Assembly: GCA_964354485.1 (NCBI GenBank)
Contig: CAYGZY010000139.1
Location: 1-35,467 of the forward strand
From: an uncultured Chlorobiaceae bacterium
Lineage (GTDB): Bacteria; Bacteroidota; Ignavibacteria; UBA10030; SZUA-254
Length of the DNA: 35,467 nt
Direction: 5' to 3'
Shown: one piece after another, positions 1 to 10,382 of the stretch
How positions within the stretch are numbered: the stretch's first letter is position 1
How the letters are laid out: each line of letters starts with the position of its first letter
The notes under the pieces: model-generated
The model's database searches: none
The model's input: the letters and a program-made list of their open reading frames with translations, nothing else
What the model was told of the DNA's origin: nothing
Made by a program: the position numbers and the translations under genes

Positions 1-1276
1 CATACCGCAAACGAGGATTAGTAAGGTAGTTACGCAGACAAAGAAAAAATAAGCTGTCCCCCATCATCCCCCGGAGCATATGCAAAACAAGTGCACCCTT
101 GTAATACACGCGCGGCGCGAATGAATCCCAGAACGCAGTATCGCTTTTACCCACGATTGAGCCAGCATAAAAACCGTTCGGCATATTCATCATATTGGAG
201 ATGTATTGCTGATAGGCTCCGCGTCCTTTTCTATGCTCGAGGTAGAGTGCCTCCGCATACGTTGCAAATCCCTCGCTTAGCCATGTATGATGCCAGCGGA
301 GAGGCGTGACCAAATTACCAAACCAATGATGCGCAGTTTCATGCGCGAGCGTTAATTCGTACTGTCGATCTCCAGTGAACATGTTTTTTTGAAAACTGCA
401 GATTGTCTGATTCTCCATTGTTAAATCCCCATCAACTTCTGCGACTCCGTATTTCTCTCTTAAAAACGGATACTCGCCGAAAGTACGTGCGAAGTATTCC
501 AGAATTATCCGTGTGTTTTGCAGATCAATCCTTGCTTTCGCTGAATCTTCCTGAAACACATAGTAGAGAATGGGCATTTGATTGCCACCGAGAGAGGTAT
601 AAAATTCCGAAAAATGATGGTATGGTGCAGCAGCAATCGATATAAGATACGTCGCAATGGGATAATTAGTTTCCCATGTAAATGTTGCAGTGCTGTCGTC
701 ACGCACAACATCCTTCAGTAAACCGTTGGACACTGCTGTCATACTACGCGGGACAGTAATCGCTATGGTTGCGGTAGCTTTATCAGATGGTAGATCCTTG
801 CAGGGCCACCACTGACGGGCAAAACCGGGCTGACTGCTCGATGCAACCCTTTCAGGTGAAGAGAAATAGAGACCGCCATCATCGAAATCTCCAACGAAAT
901 AGGATTTGCCGTGGTAATAAATGGTGAGCTCGCTGGTGCCCTTGAATGACTTGACTGGAGAAGAAAGGATATGAAGACTATCATTCTCATGCACAAAGGT
1001 TAGATTCGCGCCTTGGAATCTTACAGAATCTATTATGAGACATTTACTTGACGCAGAGAGAATAATATGATCGGATTTTTCCGGCGTGGTAAAACGAACA
1101 GCTACACTCCCAAGAAATTCTTTCTTCTCCATGTTCAACGAAATATGCAGAGTGTAATTGAGGACATCATATTCATTGAGACGGGGAGAGAGAAAAGACG
1201 ATGTCTTGCCCGGTAGTGCAAGGACAAGAAAAAGCAGAAGTGTCAGCAGAACATCCCGTGAATTACGCAGAATCAT
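1..1276 (-). CDS. M1 family (gluzincin) aminopeptidase with signal peptide; 3'-truncated by the window edge
   Basis: Manually translated open frame from ATG 1276 (MILRNSRDVLLTLLLFLVLALPG...) to the window edge. It contains ARQWWPCKDLPSDKAT, LTMEN, HETAHHWFGNLVT...WLSEGFATY (HExxH-x18-E; HETAHHWFGN at 343..314) and VYYKGALVLHMLR. It is missing from the ORF track because there is no stop in the window. Confidence 0.92.
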   Translation of the reverse strand, partial: MILRNSRDVLLTLLLFLVLALPGKTSSFLSPRLNEYDVLNYTLHISLNMEKKEFLGSVAVRFTTPEKSDHIILSASSKCLIIDSVRFQGANLTFVHENDSLHILSSPVKSFKGTSELTIYYHGKSYFVGDFDDGGLYFSSPERVASSSQPGFARQWWPCKDLPSDKATATIAITVPRSMTAVSNGLLKDVVRDDSTATFTWETNYPIATYLISIAAAPYHHFSEFYTSLGGNQMPILYYVFQEDSAKARIDLQNTRIILEYFARTFGEYPFLREKYGVAEVDGDLTMENQTICSFQKNMFTGDRQYELTLAHETAHHWFGNLVTPLRWHHTWLSEGFATYAEALYLEHRKGRGAYQQYISNMMNMPNGFYAGSIVGKSDTAFWDSFAPRVYYKGALVLHMLRGMMGDSLFFLCLRNYLTNPRLRY

Positions 1277-1310
1277 ACTCAGTTTGGGACGGATCAGTTG
1301 GATGCCTGTT

Positions 1311-2090
1311 TCAATGAATACCTCTTGCCATACCGCCGTCGACCAGAATATTAGCGCCGTTGATGTAGCTTGCTTCGTCTGTTGCCATGAAGGCTATAAC
1401 TTCGCCGATTTCCTGGGGCGTACCGAGTCTTCCCGCAGGAATATCTTTTGTCACTTCAGCCAGATACTCGGCGGTAGAAATTTTCCGCTTCGCCGAACGC
1501 TCCTGGATAAGTTCCTCCTGCCTGCTCGTAAGAATATTTCCAGGACAGATAGAATTAACGGTTATGTTATAGCGGGCATATTTATTTGACAGCACTTTCA
1601 TCAGACCGTGTATACCGGGCCGCAATGTGGATGAAATCAACAAATCGTTTATTGGCTGTTTCCCCGCGATGGATGTTATTGTAATGATCCTTCCCCACTT
1701 CTGTTTTATCATATACGGTAAGATCGCGCGAGTCAGGCGTACAACACTCATCAGTGTGAGTTCAAATCCCCTCTTCCATTCGGCATCGGTCATCGACAGA
1801 ATATCCCCAGTCGGCGGCCCGCCCGCATTGTTGACGAGAACATGTACGGTCCCGAATTTTTGTTTCGTATAAGCAACCAGGCGTCTGATATCGCCCGCTT
1901 TCGAGACATCAGCCACGAGAGGGACCACGGTTGTTCCCGTCTGCTCATGAATTTCCTGCGCAGCTCGGGTAATTGCATTTTTTCTTCTTGAACATATAAT
2001 TACAGTCGCACCCTTTCGGGCGATTGCTGCAGCGGCGGCTTTACCCAATCCCTGACTTGCCGCTGTTACCAGTGCAATTTTATTTTCCAT
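1311..2090 (-). CDS. Short-chain dehydrogenase/reductase (FabG-like, atypical active site)
   Basis: VTAASQGLG Rossmann motif, VNNAGGPP, PAGRLGTPQEIG and ILVDGG. YxxxK is replaced by SSTLR. Alternative start at 2102. Confidence 0.9.
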   Translation of the reverse strand: MENKIALVTAASQGLGKAAAAAIARKGATVIICSRRKNAITRAAQEIHEQTGTTVVPLVADVSKAGDIRRLVAYTKQKFGTVHVLVNNAGGPPTGDILSMTDAEWKRGFELTLMSVVRLTRAILPYMIKQKWGRIITITSIAGKQPINDLLISSTLRPGIHGLMKVLSNKYARYNITVNSICPGNILTSRQEELIQERSAKRKISTAEYLAEVTKDIPAGRLGTPQEIGEVIAFMATDEASYINGANILVDGGMARGIH

Positions 2091-2103
2091 AATTGAATTC
2101 ATA

Positions 2104-4719
2104 TCACTCGGTCTTTTTCTTTAAGGATGCAAGTTTCTGGAGCGCTTCAAGCGGTGTTATTTTATCAATATCAATGTTCCTGATTTCTTCGCGAAGGGGA
2201 TTATCTCTCATTTCAAACAATGTGAGCTGGAGTTCAGATGGTGCAATCCGGCCTTTAGCTCTTTTCTTTTCGCTTTTCGAATCATCGTGGAGTGTAAGTT
2301 CAGATCCTTCGAGGTTGTTCAGGATCTTTTTTGCCCTCTCGGTAACCTCCTCCGGTAATCCTGCCATCTGTGCGACCTGTATTCCGTAAGAATGGTCCGC
2401 GAAACCGGGAACGACCTTGTGGAGGAAGATCACCTTATCCCCGTACTCACGTACTTCCACCTTGAGATTCCTTATGCGCGGGTAAAGGTCTGCAAGTTCA
2501 TTCAACTCATGGTAATGAGTCGCGAATATCGTCTTGGCGCCGATTCTGTTATGAATATATTCCGTCAATGCCCATGCGATGCTGATACCGTCGAATGTGC
2601 TCGTTCCGCGGCCCACTTCATCCAGCAGGATGAGACTCCTCGCAGTCGCCGTATTGACGATGTTTGCCGCTTCATGCATTTCCACGAGGAATGTACTCTC
2701 TCCCGAAGCAATATTATCGCTCGCACCTACCCGCGTGTAGATGCGGTCGACCACGCCGATTTTTGCAGATCGTGCCGGGACAAAGCTCCCCACCTGTGCA
2801 AGTAGTACGATCAATCCGGCCTGCCGGAGGTAGCTAGATTTCCCGCTCATATTTGGTCCGGTAATGATGAGAATCTGATTTCCCTCATTATCAATGACCG
2901 TATCATTCGGTGTATATTCTTCGCCCGGAGGGAGGAGCTTTTCAATCACAGGATGGCGGCCTCCGCGGATTTCTATCCGTGTCGTTTCATCAACCTCGGG
3001 CCTCGTATACCCGTTCTCGGACGCAACTTCCGCGAAGGAAACGAGACAATCCAGCACCGCAATGTTCTTAGAGTTCTTCTGTATCGCCTCTGCCTCCGCA
3101 GCGATCAGGAGACGGAGCTCGTTGAAGAGTTTTGTTTCCAGTTCTGCGGTTTTTTCTTCCGCATTCAGAATCTTTTCTTCATATTCCTTCAACTCGGGCG
3201 TAACATACCGTTCGGCATTCGTAAGCGTCTGCTTGCGGATATAGTTTCCCGGGACCTTCTCCTTATGAGTGTTGGTAACTTCAATGTAGTAGCCGAATAT
3301 ATTGTTGTAACCGACTTTGAGCGATGAAATTCCCGTTCGTTCACGTTCAGCTTTCTGGAGATTCGCAATCCATGACTTTCCATGGACGGCGATATGCCTC
3401 AGATCATCCAGCTCATTGCTGTATCCTTGGCGAATTACACCCCCGCTTGTTAAAACAACAGGCGGATCGTCGGCGAGAGCCGCACGGATTGTCTCGATGA
3501 GAGAAGGTAACGGCTGAAGTTCGTCCCTGATGACTGCAAGCCCGGCAACTCGAACATCGCCCACAGCGTTCTTAAGTGCTGCAATCCGTTCAAGCATTGA
3601 TTTTAACGCTACAATCTCGCGCGGATTTACCCGGTTTGTACAGATCTTAGTTACAAGCCGTTCAAGATCGCCGACGTGTTCGAGTTCCTGGCGTATATTT
3701 CCGCGGAGCTTTTTCCCTTCGAGCAATTCTGCCACCGCTTCATGTCTTGTATTTATCGGACCAACGTGTTTCAGGGGGTAGCTTATCCATCGTCTGAGCA
3801 ATCGCCCGCCCATCGGCGTTTGCGTATGATCAAGAACCCAGATAAGGGTTCCCTCTTCGCGACCGCCCAGAGAAGCAGTGATTTCCAGGTTGCGTCTGGT
3901 CGATTGGTCCAGGTTGATGAATTCGCCGACACTGTGCGGAACAATTTTTTTTATATGAAACACATTCTCCTTCTGCGTCTCCTGCATGTAGTGCATCACC
4001 GCACCGGCTGCGACGATGCCGAGGGTCATATCCTCGATACCGAAGCCCTTCAGTGTCTGTGTTTTAAAGTGGTTGATGAGGAGTTCGTACCCATAGTCAC
4101 TGTTGAAGATCCAATCCTCAAGTTTAGTGTAGATGCCGGTGTAGCGGTCACGGAGGACTTCCGATATAGTATCACGATCGCGCTTCTGGACAAGTATTTC
4201 CGACGGCGAAATTGTCACGATCTGATCGGCAAGATTTTTAAGCGGGAACTCACTGACACCGAATTCGGCGGTAGTAACGTCTATGAATGACATTCCGATG
4301 TTGTCGGAACTCGTTGCAAGAGGTGTCGGCAACGCGAGCGCGACAAGATAATTATTTTGTTTCTGCAGGAGAATTTTGTCTGAAAACGCGACGCCCGGCG
4401 TGACAACCTCGATAACATCCCGTTTTACAATACCTTTTGCGAATTTTGGATCCTCAAGTTGTTCACAGATTGCCACACGATGTCCCGCTTTTAACAGCTT
4501 CGGGAGGTAGACCTCCAGGGCATGGTGAGGAAAACCCGCGAGCGGCACTTCTCCGGCAGCGCCGTTTCCGCGGCGTGTCAGAGTTATGTTGAGAACTTTC
4601 GATGCAGTTATCGCATCTTCCTCAAAGGTTTCGTAGAAGTCACCCATACGGAAGAGGAGTATCGTCTCGGGATACTTCGCCTTCACCTGTGCATACTGCC
4701 GCATGAGAGGAGTGGACAT
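2104..4719 (-). CDS. mutS: DNA mismatch repair protein MutS
   Basis: TPLMRQY, FRMGDFYETF mismatch-recognition motif, Walker A GPNMSGKS, STFLVEM, DEVGRGTS, ATHYHEL and SYGIQVA; 871 aa. Confidence 0.99.
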   Translation of the reverse strand: MSTPLMRQYAQVKAKYPETILLFRMGDFYETFEEDAITASKVLNITLTRRGNGAAGEVPLAGFPHHALEVYLPKLLKAGHRVAICEQLEDPKFAKGIVKRDVIEVVTPGVAFSDKILLQKQNNYLVALALPTPLATSSDNIGMSFIDVTTAEFGVSEFPLKNLADQIVTISPSEILVQKRDRDTISEVLRDRYTGIYTKLEDWIFNSDYGYELLINHFKTQTLKGFGIEDMTLGIVAAGAVMHYMQETQKENVFHIKKIVPHSVGEFINLDQSTRRNLEITASLGGREEGTLIWVLDHTQTPMGGRLLRRWISYPLKHVGPINTRHEAVAELLEGKKLRGNIRQELEHVGDLERLVTKICTNRVNPREIVALKSMLERIAALKNAVGDVRVAGLAVIRDELQPLPSLIETIRAALADDPPVVLTSGGVIRQGYSNELDDLRHIAVHGKSWIANLQKAERERTGISSLKVGYNNIFGYYIEVTNTHKEKVPGNYIRKQTLTNAERYVTPELKEYEEKILNAEEKTAELETKLFNELRLLIAAEAEAIQKNSKNIAVLDCLVSFAEVASENGYTRPEVDETTRIEIRGGRHPVIEKLLPPGEEYTPNDTVIDNEGNQILIITGPNMSGKSSYLRQAGLIVLLAQVGSFVPARSAKIGVVDRIYTRVGASDNIASGESTFLVEMHEAANIVNTATARSLILLDEVGRGTSTFDGISIAWALTEYIHNRIGAKTIFATHYHELNELADLYPRIRNLKVEVREYGDKVIFLHKVVPGFADHSYGIQVAQMAGLPEEVTERAKKILNNLEGSELTLHDDSKSEKKRAKGRIAPSELQLTLFEMRDNPLREEIRNIDIDKITPLEALQKLASLKKKTE

Positions 4720-4811
4720 GTTCCGGTTTGTAAGAGTTTATCTATTGATTGAACTGGTGCAGTAAAATCTCTATGAATAAACGGAAAAACGCCGAGAAAA
4801 ACAATTAAACG

Positions 4812-4843
4812 AAAAAGCCGGTTGGATAAACTTCAACCGGCTT
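4812..4843 (-). terminator. Probable intrinsic terminator downstream of pfkA
   Basis: Perfect 10-bp inverted repeat AAGCCGGTTG-N9-CAACCGGCTT ending in a T-run on the minus strand, about 35 bp after the pfkA stop. Confidence 0.75.
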
Positions 4844-4877
4844 GTATTTTACAGCGATTCCCCCCGATATAAAAATG

Positions 4878-6035
4878 TCAGTAGAGGAACATCGGTTTCC
4901 CCAAAAGATGGGCAACCTTCGGGCGGTATTGATCGAGGTCGTACAGCTCGTCAACATCGACACGCTTTTTACCTTCAGTAATTATATTCACGGATACGGT
5001 AGTGTATTTCCCGTCGCGCAGGACAACCATCCTCCCAGCTTGTTTCTTGAGAATCATATCCGTCGCCAGGTAACCATAACTCGACGATACCATCAGATCG
5101 AGCGCATCCGGTGCGCCGCTCCGCATCAGATAGGCAAGCTGCTGGTAAACGGTTCTCACGCCGGACCGTTTTTCAATTTCACGGACAACATAATCGCCGA
5201 TACCGCCCAGCTTCTTATGGCCGTATGCATCAGCTTCCCCAGTCATGATCATCTCACCGCCGATCGGCTTTGCACCCTCAGAGATGGTCATTATGGCGTA
5301 CTTGCTCGGATTATAGTTGCGATCGTCTACGAGAAAGCGTACCAGTTTTTCAACATCAAAATCGACTTCCGAGATGATCGCTCGATCAACACCTGCAAGG
5401 TACGCTGAGATGAGGGAAGTCTCGCCTGAATATCTGCCGAAGAGTTCGACGACAGCTATTCGTTCGTGCGATCCGGTAGGCGTTCTCAACGCGTGTATGA
5501 ATTCAACACTGCGCGTGACGGCAGTCGAAAATCCGATACAGTAGTCTGTCCCATGTACGTCGTTATCCATTGTCTTTGGTATACACACTACCGGAAAATT
5601 TTCCTTATGGAGGCGTACCGCGTAACTCAGCGTATCGTCTCCGCCGATGGCGATCAACGCATCAATCTTTAAGTGACCAAGGACTCGGAGAACATGTTTC
5701 GTACAGTCAACCGTTTTTTCAGTCTCAGCAACCTGGAATGATGATTGCAGAAAGGCAGGAACCTCTTTTGGCTTGACCTTTGCCGGATTCGTCCGGGAGG
5801 TATGGAGATAAGTGCCGCCTGTACGGTCGATAGTCCGTGTGTTTGCCTTTGTCAGGGGGATAATATTTTCATTGTACGTGGTAGGATCATCCGGATTGAA
5901 ATAGAGCAAGCCTGCCCATCCGCAGCGTAATCCGACCATCTCATGCCCTTCATCCGTTGCTCTGTAGACCGATGCTTTGATACAGGGATTTAATCCGGGC
6001 ACATCGCCGCCACCAGTTAAAATTGCAATCTTCAT
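4878..6035 (-). CDS. pfkA: 6-phosphofructokinase (PfkA family), PPi-dependent signature
   Basis: [31 protein letters not shown] and VELFGR. Start set at MKIAIL (6035) because a promoter lies within the longer ORF-track N-terminus. Confidence 0.93.
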   Translation of the reverse strand: MKIAILTGGGDVPGLNPCIKASVYRATDEGHEMVGLRCGWAGLLYFNPDDPTTYNENIIPLTKANTRTIDRTGGTYLHTSRTNPAKVKPKEVPAFLQSSFQVAETEKTVDCTKHVLRVLGHLKIDALIAIGGDDTLSYAVRLHKENFPVVCIPKTMDNDVHGTDYCIGFSTAVTRSVEFIHALRTPTGSHERIAVVELFGRYSGETSLISAYLAGVDRAIISEVDFDVEKLVRFLVDDRNYNPSKYAIMTISEGAKPIGGEMIMTGEADAYGHKKLGGIGDYVVREIEKRSGVRTVYQQLAYLMRSGAPDALDLMVSSSYGYLATDMILKKQAGRMVVLRDGKYTTVSVNIITEGKKRVDVDELYDLDQYRPKVAHLLGKPMFLY

Positions 6036-6079
6036 ATAATTTCTCGAAAAAGTTCCTTGGTTGGTATTTGTAGTGGATA

Positions 6080-6108
6080 AATGTACGTAAATTTCCCCCA
6101 TTTTTCAA
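6080..6108 (-). promoter_or_regulatory. sigma70-type promoter for pfkA
   Basis: TTGAAA (6108-6103), 17-bp spacer, TACATT (6085-6080) on the minus strand. Confidence 0.55.
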
Positions 6109-6121
6109 TCCACTCGACTTT

Positions 6122-6150
6122 TTGCATTTTGCGGAAAGTCTCAGTACTTT
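6122..6150 (+). promoter_or_regulatory. sigma70-type promoter for the sigma/anti-sigma fusion gene
   Basis: TTGCAT (6122-6127), 17-bp spacer, TACTTT (6145-6150); back-to-back with the pfkA promoter. Confidence 0.55.
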
Positions 6151-6202
6151 CCAACTGGAAATATGTCAGAGAGAGCCAATTGCCCCGGAGTGAAATGGAA
6201 GT

Positions 6203-7663
6203 ATGAATAATCTACAACCCGATCCTTCTTCCCAGGAAAACGACAGCCTCCTTCTTCAGAGAATAAATCAGGGAGATGAAACTGCTCTTTCCGCTCTCTA
6301 TGATCGGTATGCCGTTCTCGTCCACAGCATTCTCATGCGAATGCTCCGATCAGTCGAAGACGCAGAAGATATTTTCCAGGAGCTTTTTGTACACTTGTGG
6401 AACAACCCGGACGCATATGAGGCTCAGGCGGGATCTTTACTGACAACACTGATTACTAGAACGCGCAGCCGCAGTCTGACGCGGATGCATGCACGGGGAG
6501 CAAAGAAGTATAATCTTCAGCATGAAAATCCCATTCTCCCTCTCTATTCGGATTCAGCATCCCTGAATGTACTTCCAGGATTAAAGACACATGCGACGCT
6601 TTCCCATATACTGCAGGCGCTCAGGAAACTCAGCGAGGATGAACAGCGTATGTTGTCACTCGCATACTACGACGGGTATTCGCTGGGGGAGATCTCCCAG
6701 CGGCTGAACCTTGCCGCAGGGACGGTCTCATGGGCGCTGTGGAAAAGCCTGTCTGGTATGCGCGAGTCTCTCTGGAATGAGAAACAGATGCCGTCCCCGC
6801 ATGGAAAAAAAATACTCGAATCCTGCATGGCGCACGTACTGGATGTTCTTGATGCTCAAGATGCGATTGAATTTGATAAACACTTAACGACGGGATGCGA
6901 GATATGCAGGGGTGAAATTACCCGATTCACAGAAACAGCCGCGCTGATCCCTTTAGGTCTTCCGCACATGTCGCTCTCCCCCGAATTAAAGCAAAGGGTG
7001 CTCTTCGCTGCTCGTCTTTCGGATGTGGTCAAAGTGACAGGCAGGGACAGCAGCGCGGAAAACCGGAAGGAAGTGAATCTTCAGCCGCCCCGCGAACACA
7101 AAGGTCAGAATAAACCGATCCGGAGGAGCCCGATTTTTTCATTACTCATGTCACTGTTGATTGTAGGTCTCATCGCCTCCATTACGCACACCATCTACCT
7201 GCACAGGAAGCTTAGTCAACAAACCCGTCCCGCCGATCAACAGCCACTTATTGAACGGTTGAGCGAGGCAGTCGAACATAAAAACAACCTGTTCGAGGTT
7301 CTCGCTTCAAAGGCTCTTACAATTATTCCTTTTACTCCGTACCAGAGTAATCAGCAGTCACAGGGAAAACTATTCTGGGATACGGGAGATACAGCTGCAG
7401 TTCTCCAGATTGCTCATCTTCCTACGATTCCGGACGATCAGGAGTATCAGTTGTGGGCTTTTGTCAGGGGAAGCTACCACTTATGCGGAACATTTTCTGT
7501 GAAGCGTCAGCTGTACTCCGAAAACTTCTTTCTCATCAGAATACCAAAACAGATCCACACCATCAGACCCATCAATTTCTTCGTAACCATCGAGAAGACC
7601 GGAAGTGCAGACGCTCCACGCGGAACGCGATACCTTACGGGGAGTCTCACAACAAACGATTGA
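6203..7663 (+). CDS. ECF sigma factor (SigK-like) fused to an RskA-like anti-sigma factor (Zn-binding domain, TM helix, extracytoplasmic domain)
   Basis: The first ~190 aa carry sigma2 (GDETALSALYDRY...EDAEDIFQELFVHLW) and sigma4 (LSLAYYDGYSLGEISQRLNLAAGTV). These are followed by HLTTGCEIC (ZAS-like), LSPELKQRVL, the TM segment PIFSLLMSLLIVGLIASIT and an RskA-like C-terminus (QEYQLW...FFVTIEKTGSADAPRG). The frame is uninterrupted for 486 aa. Confidence 0.88.
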   Translation: MNNLQPDPSSQENDSLLLQRINQGDETALSALYDRYAVLVHSILMRMLRSVEDAEDIFQELFVHLWNNPDAYEAQAGSLLTTLITRTRSRSLTRMHARGAKKYNLQHENPILPLYSDSASLNVLPGLKTHATLSHILQALRKLSEDEQRMLSLAYYDGYSLGEISQRLNLAAGTVSWALWKSLSGMRESLWNEKQMPSPHGKKILESCMAHVLDVLDAQDAIEFDKHLTTGCEICRGEITRFTETAALIPLGLPHMSLSPELKQRVLFAARLSDVVKVTGRDSSAENRKEVNLQPPREHKGQNKPIRRSPIFSLLMSLLIVGLIASITHTIYLHRKLSQQTRPADQQPLIERLSEAVEHKNNLFEVLASKALTIIPFTPYQSNQQSQGKLFWDTGDTAAVLQIAHLPTIPDDQEYQLWAFVRGSYHLCGTFSVKRQLYSENFFLIRIPKQIHTIRPINFFVTIEKTGSADAPRGTRYLTGSLTTND

Positions 7664-7712
7664 TATTGGCTGAAGCTGCATCTTTTTCAACGGAAAATCC
7701 GTTTTTCGTTCC

Positions 7713-7741
7713 TTGCTTAATCGGGTTCATTTGACTATATT
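7713..7741 (+). promoter_or_regulatory. sigma70-type promoter for clpC
   Basis: TTGCTT (7713-7718), 17-bp spacer, TATATT (7736-7741). Confidence 0.55.
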
Positions 7742-7807
7742 TAATTTGCTAATGGAGCGTATTTTCTAAGGATTTTGTTCTAAATTGTAGTACGAAACGG
7801 GGTTTAC

Positions 7808-10318
7808 ATGGAAGGTAATTTTTCAAACAGAGTCCAAGACGTTATCCGCCTGAGCCGCGAAGAAGCGTTACGGCTGGGGCACGATTATATCGGGACGGAA
7901 CACCTCCTTCTTGGTGTAATTCGTGAAGGGGAAGGAATCGCCGTGAAGATACTCCGCAATCTTGGCGTCGACCTTTTCAAACTGAAGAAAGCGATTGAGG
8001 ATACGGTGCGGACATCGGGAGGGACTCTCACCATCGGCAATATTCCTCTGACGAAGCAAGCTGAGAAGGTATTAAAAATTACATACCTCGAAGCAAAACT
8101 ATACAAATCTGATGTCATCGGGACCGAACACCTTTTGCTGTCTCTCCTAAGGGATGACGACAACATTGCCGCTCAAATCCTTCATCAGTTCAACGTTCAC
8201 TACGATGCAGTACGCAACGATCTCGACAATATAATCAGCGGGAAACAGTCGGGTCCGCCTCCGGCGCCGAGTATAGAACGCAGGACGGAAAAATCGAAAA
8301 CACCTGTCCTCGATAACTTCGGGCGGGATCTTACAAAATTAGCAATCGAAGACAAGCTTGATCCGATAGTCGGCCGAGAGAAGGAAATTGAACGTGTCGC
8401 ACAGGTATTGAGCCGCCGGAAGAAAAACAATCCGGTTCTCATCGGTGAACCCGGTGTCGGAAAAACTGCGATCGCCGAAGGTCTGGCGATCAGGATCGTT
8501 CAGAAAACTGTTTCCCGCGTTCTACACGACAAGCGGGTTGTTACGCTCGATCTCGCAGCGCTGGTTGCAGGCACCAAATACCGGGGACAATTCGAAGAAC
8601 GAATGAAGGCTGTCATGAACGAGCTCGAGAAAGGGAAGGACGTCATTCTCTTCATAGATGAACTTCACACTATTGTTGGAGCAGGCGGCGCCTCCGGTTC
8701 ACTTGATGCATCGAACATGTTCAAGCCGGCGCTATCCCGCGGCGATCTCCAGTGTATCGGGGCAACGACTCTCGACGAATACAGACAGTATATCGAGAAA
8801 GATGGCGCCCTCGATCGCCGGTTCCAGAAAATAATGGTCGATCCAACCACCGTTGAAGAAACAATCCAGATCCTGCAGAACATAAAGCACAAGTACGAGG
8901 AGCATCATTTTGTCCGGTACACGGATAGGGCTCTCGACGCTGCTGTACGCCTGAGCGACAGGTACATCACCGACCGTTATTTACCCGACAAAGCGATAGA
9001 CGTCATGGACGAAGCCGGGTCTCGCGTTCACCTCTCCAATATTCATGTCCCGAAGGACGTTCTCGATCTTGAAGCTGAAGTTGATAAAATCCGGCAATCG
9101 AAGAACCAGGTTGTAAAGAGTCAGAACTTCGAGGAAGCGGCGCGTCTCAGGGATCTCGAGAAGAAGTTCCTCACCGATCTTGAGAATGCGAAGCACAACT
9201 GGGATCAAAAGACTCATCAGGTAGTTCACGAGGTGAACGAAGATACCATCGCCGATGTCGTATCGATGATGACCGGCATTCCCGTGAACAGAATTGCGCA
9301 ATCCGAGTCAGAGAAGCTCCTCAAGATGGAAGAAGCGTTAGGGAACGTCATCGTCGGACAGGGCGAAGCCATTGAAAAATTAAGCAAGGCAATCCGGCGG
9401 ACCCGTGCGGGACTGAAAGATCCCAGGCGCCCCATCGGATCATTCATATTCCTCGGACCGACCGGCGTCGGAAAAACAGAGATGGCAAAAGCTCTGGCAC
9501 GCTACCTCTTCGATTCCGAAGAATCACTGATCCGAATCGACATGAGCGAATACATGGAAAAATTCAGCGTTTCTCGTCTTATAGGCGCTCCTCCCGGTTA
9601 CGTCGGATATGAAGAAGGCGGCCAGCTGACAGAGAAGGTCCGACGGAAACCTTACTCGGTTGTTCTGCTTGATGAAATTGAGAAAGCACACCCGGACGTG
9701 TTCAATATTCTCCTGCAGGTTCTTGACGACGGAACACTCACAGATAGTCTTGGCAGGCGTGTCGATTTCAAGAATGCTATTCTTATCATGACCTCAAATA
9801 TCGGGGCACGCGATATAAAAACAACCGGTGGATTTGGATTCGGCGTTGAGACATCGAAAGATACGTACAAAACCATGAAAAGCACCATTGAAGATGCGGT
9901 AAAGCGGGTCTTCAATCCTGAGTTCCTTAACAGAATAGACGATACGATCGTTTTCCACAGTCTCGGCCGCGAGCACATCGACAAAATCATTGATATACAG
10001 ATGCATGAACTCGTTAAGCGGATGTCAACGATGGAGATATCGATTCAACTGAATAAGCAAGCGCGGGAATTTCTTGTAGACAAGGGATATGATCCGGCAT
10101 TCGGTGCGCGTCCGTTGAAGCGTGCTCTGCAAAAATACATAGAAGATCCAATCGCTGAAGAAATCCTAAGGAATAAATTCGGACAAGGGAGCATTATACG
10201 GGTTAAGCTTAATCTAAAAACAGAAACACTAAAATTCTCAGAGGGAAACAAGGCGAGAGCACAGGTGAATGAGCCGAAGGAATCTGAAACCGAAGAGAGC
10301 GACGCCCGTGTTTCCTGA
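7808..10318 (+). CDS. clpC: ATP-dependent Clp protease ATP-binding subunit ClpC
   Basis: Two Clp-N repeats (IGTEHLLL), two AAA+ modules ([16 protein letters not shown]), a short UVR-type middle domain ([11 protein letters not shown]) and a ClpP-docking-like GFGF loop; 836 aa. Confidence 0.97.
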   Translation: MEGNFSNRVQDVIRLSREEALRLGHDYIGTEHLLLGVIREGEGIAVKILRNLGVDLFKLKKAIEDTVRTSGGTLTIGNIPLTKQAEKVLKITYLEAKLYKSDVIGTEHLLLSLLRDDDNIAAQILHQFNVHYDAVRNDLDNIISGKQSGPPPAPSIERRTEKSKTPVLDNFGRDLTKLAIEDKLDPIVGREKEIERVAQVLSRRKKNNPVLIGEPGVGKTAIAEGLAIRIVQKTVSRVLHDKRVVTLDLAALVAGTKYRGQFEERMKAVMNELEKGKDVILFIDELHTIVGAGGASGSLDASNMFKPALSRGDLQCIGATTLDEYRQYIEKDGALDRRFQKIMVDPTTVEETIQILQNIKHKYEEHHFVRYTDRALDAAVRLSDRYITDRYLPDKAIDVMDEAGSRVHLSNIHVPKDVLDLEAEVDKIRQSKNQVVKSQNFEEAARLRDLEKKFLTDLENAKHNWDQKTHQVVHEVNEDTIADVVSMMTGIPVNRIAQSESEKLLKMEEALGNVIVGQGEAIEKLSKAIRRTRAGLKDPRRPIGSFIFLGPTGVGKTEMAKALARYLFDSEESLIRIDMSEYMEKFSVSRLIGAPPGYVGYEEGGQLTEKVRRKPYSVVLLDEIEKAHPDVFNILLQVLDDGTLTDSLGRRVDFKNAILIMTSNIGARDIKTTGGFGFGVETSKDTYKTMKSTIEDAVKRVFNPEFLNRIDDTIVFHSLGREHIDKIIDIQMHELVKRMSTMEISIQLNKQAREFLVDKGYDPAFGARPLKRALQKYIEDPIAEEILRNKFGQGSIIRVKLNLKTETLKFSEGNKARAQVNEPKESETEESDARVS

Positions 10319-10382
10319 AAATACACGTATATAATCAGTACCTCCGTTCTCGACGGGGGCTCTTCTGCATTAAATCTGAGTA

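Noticed and set aside
91-996. Short ORF-track entries 91..309, 403..645, 505..711 and 763..996
   Set aside because: They are shadow or alternative frames of the M1 aminopeptidase that occupies 1..1276 on the minus strand.
1311-2090. SDR lacking YxxxK as a pseudogene or novelty
   Set aside because: The TAAS.GLG, NAGGPP and SxxxR pattern is a known atypical SDR subgroup, and the frame is intact.
6776-6790. ATGA near the sigma/anti-sigma junction as a relic overlapping stop/start
   Set aside because: Neither the ATG nor the TGA is in the coding frame; restoring a two-gene layout from it would need two separate indels.
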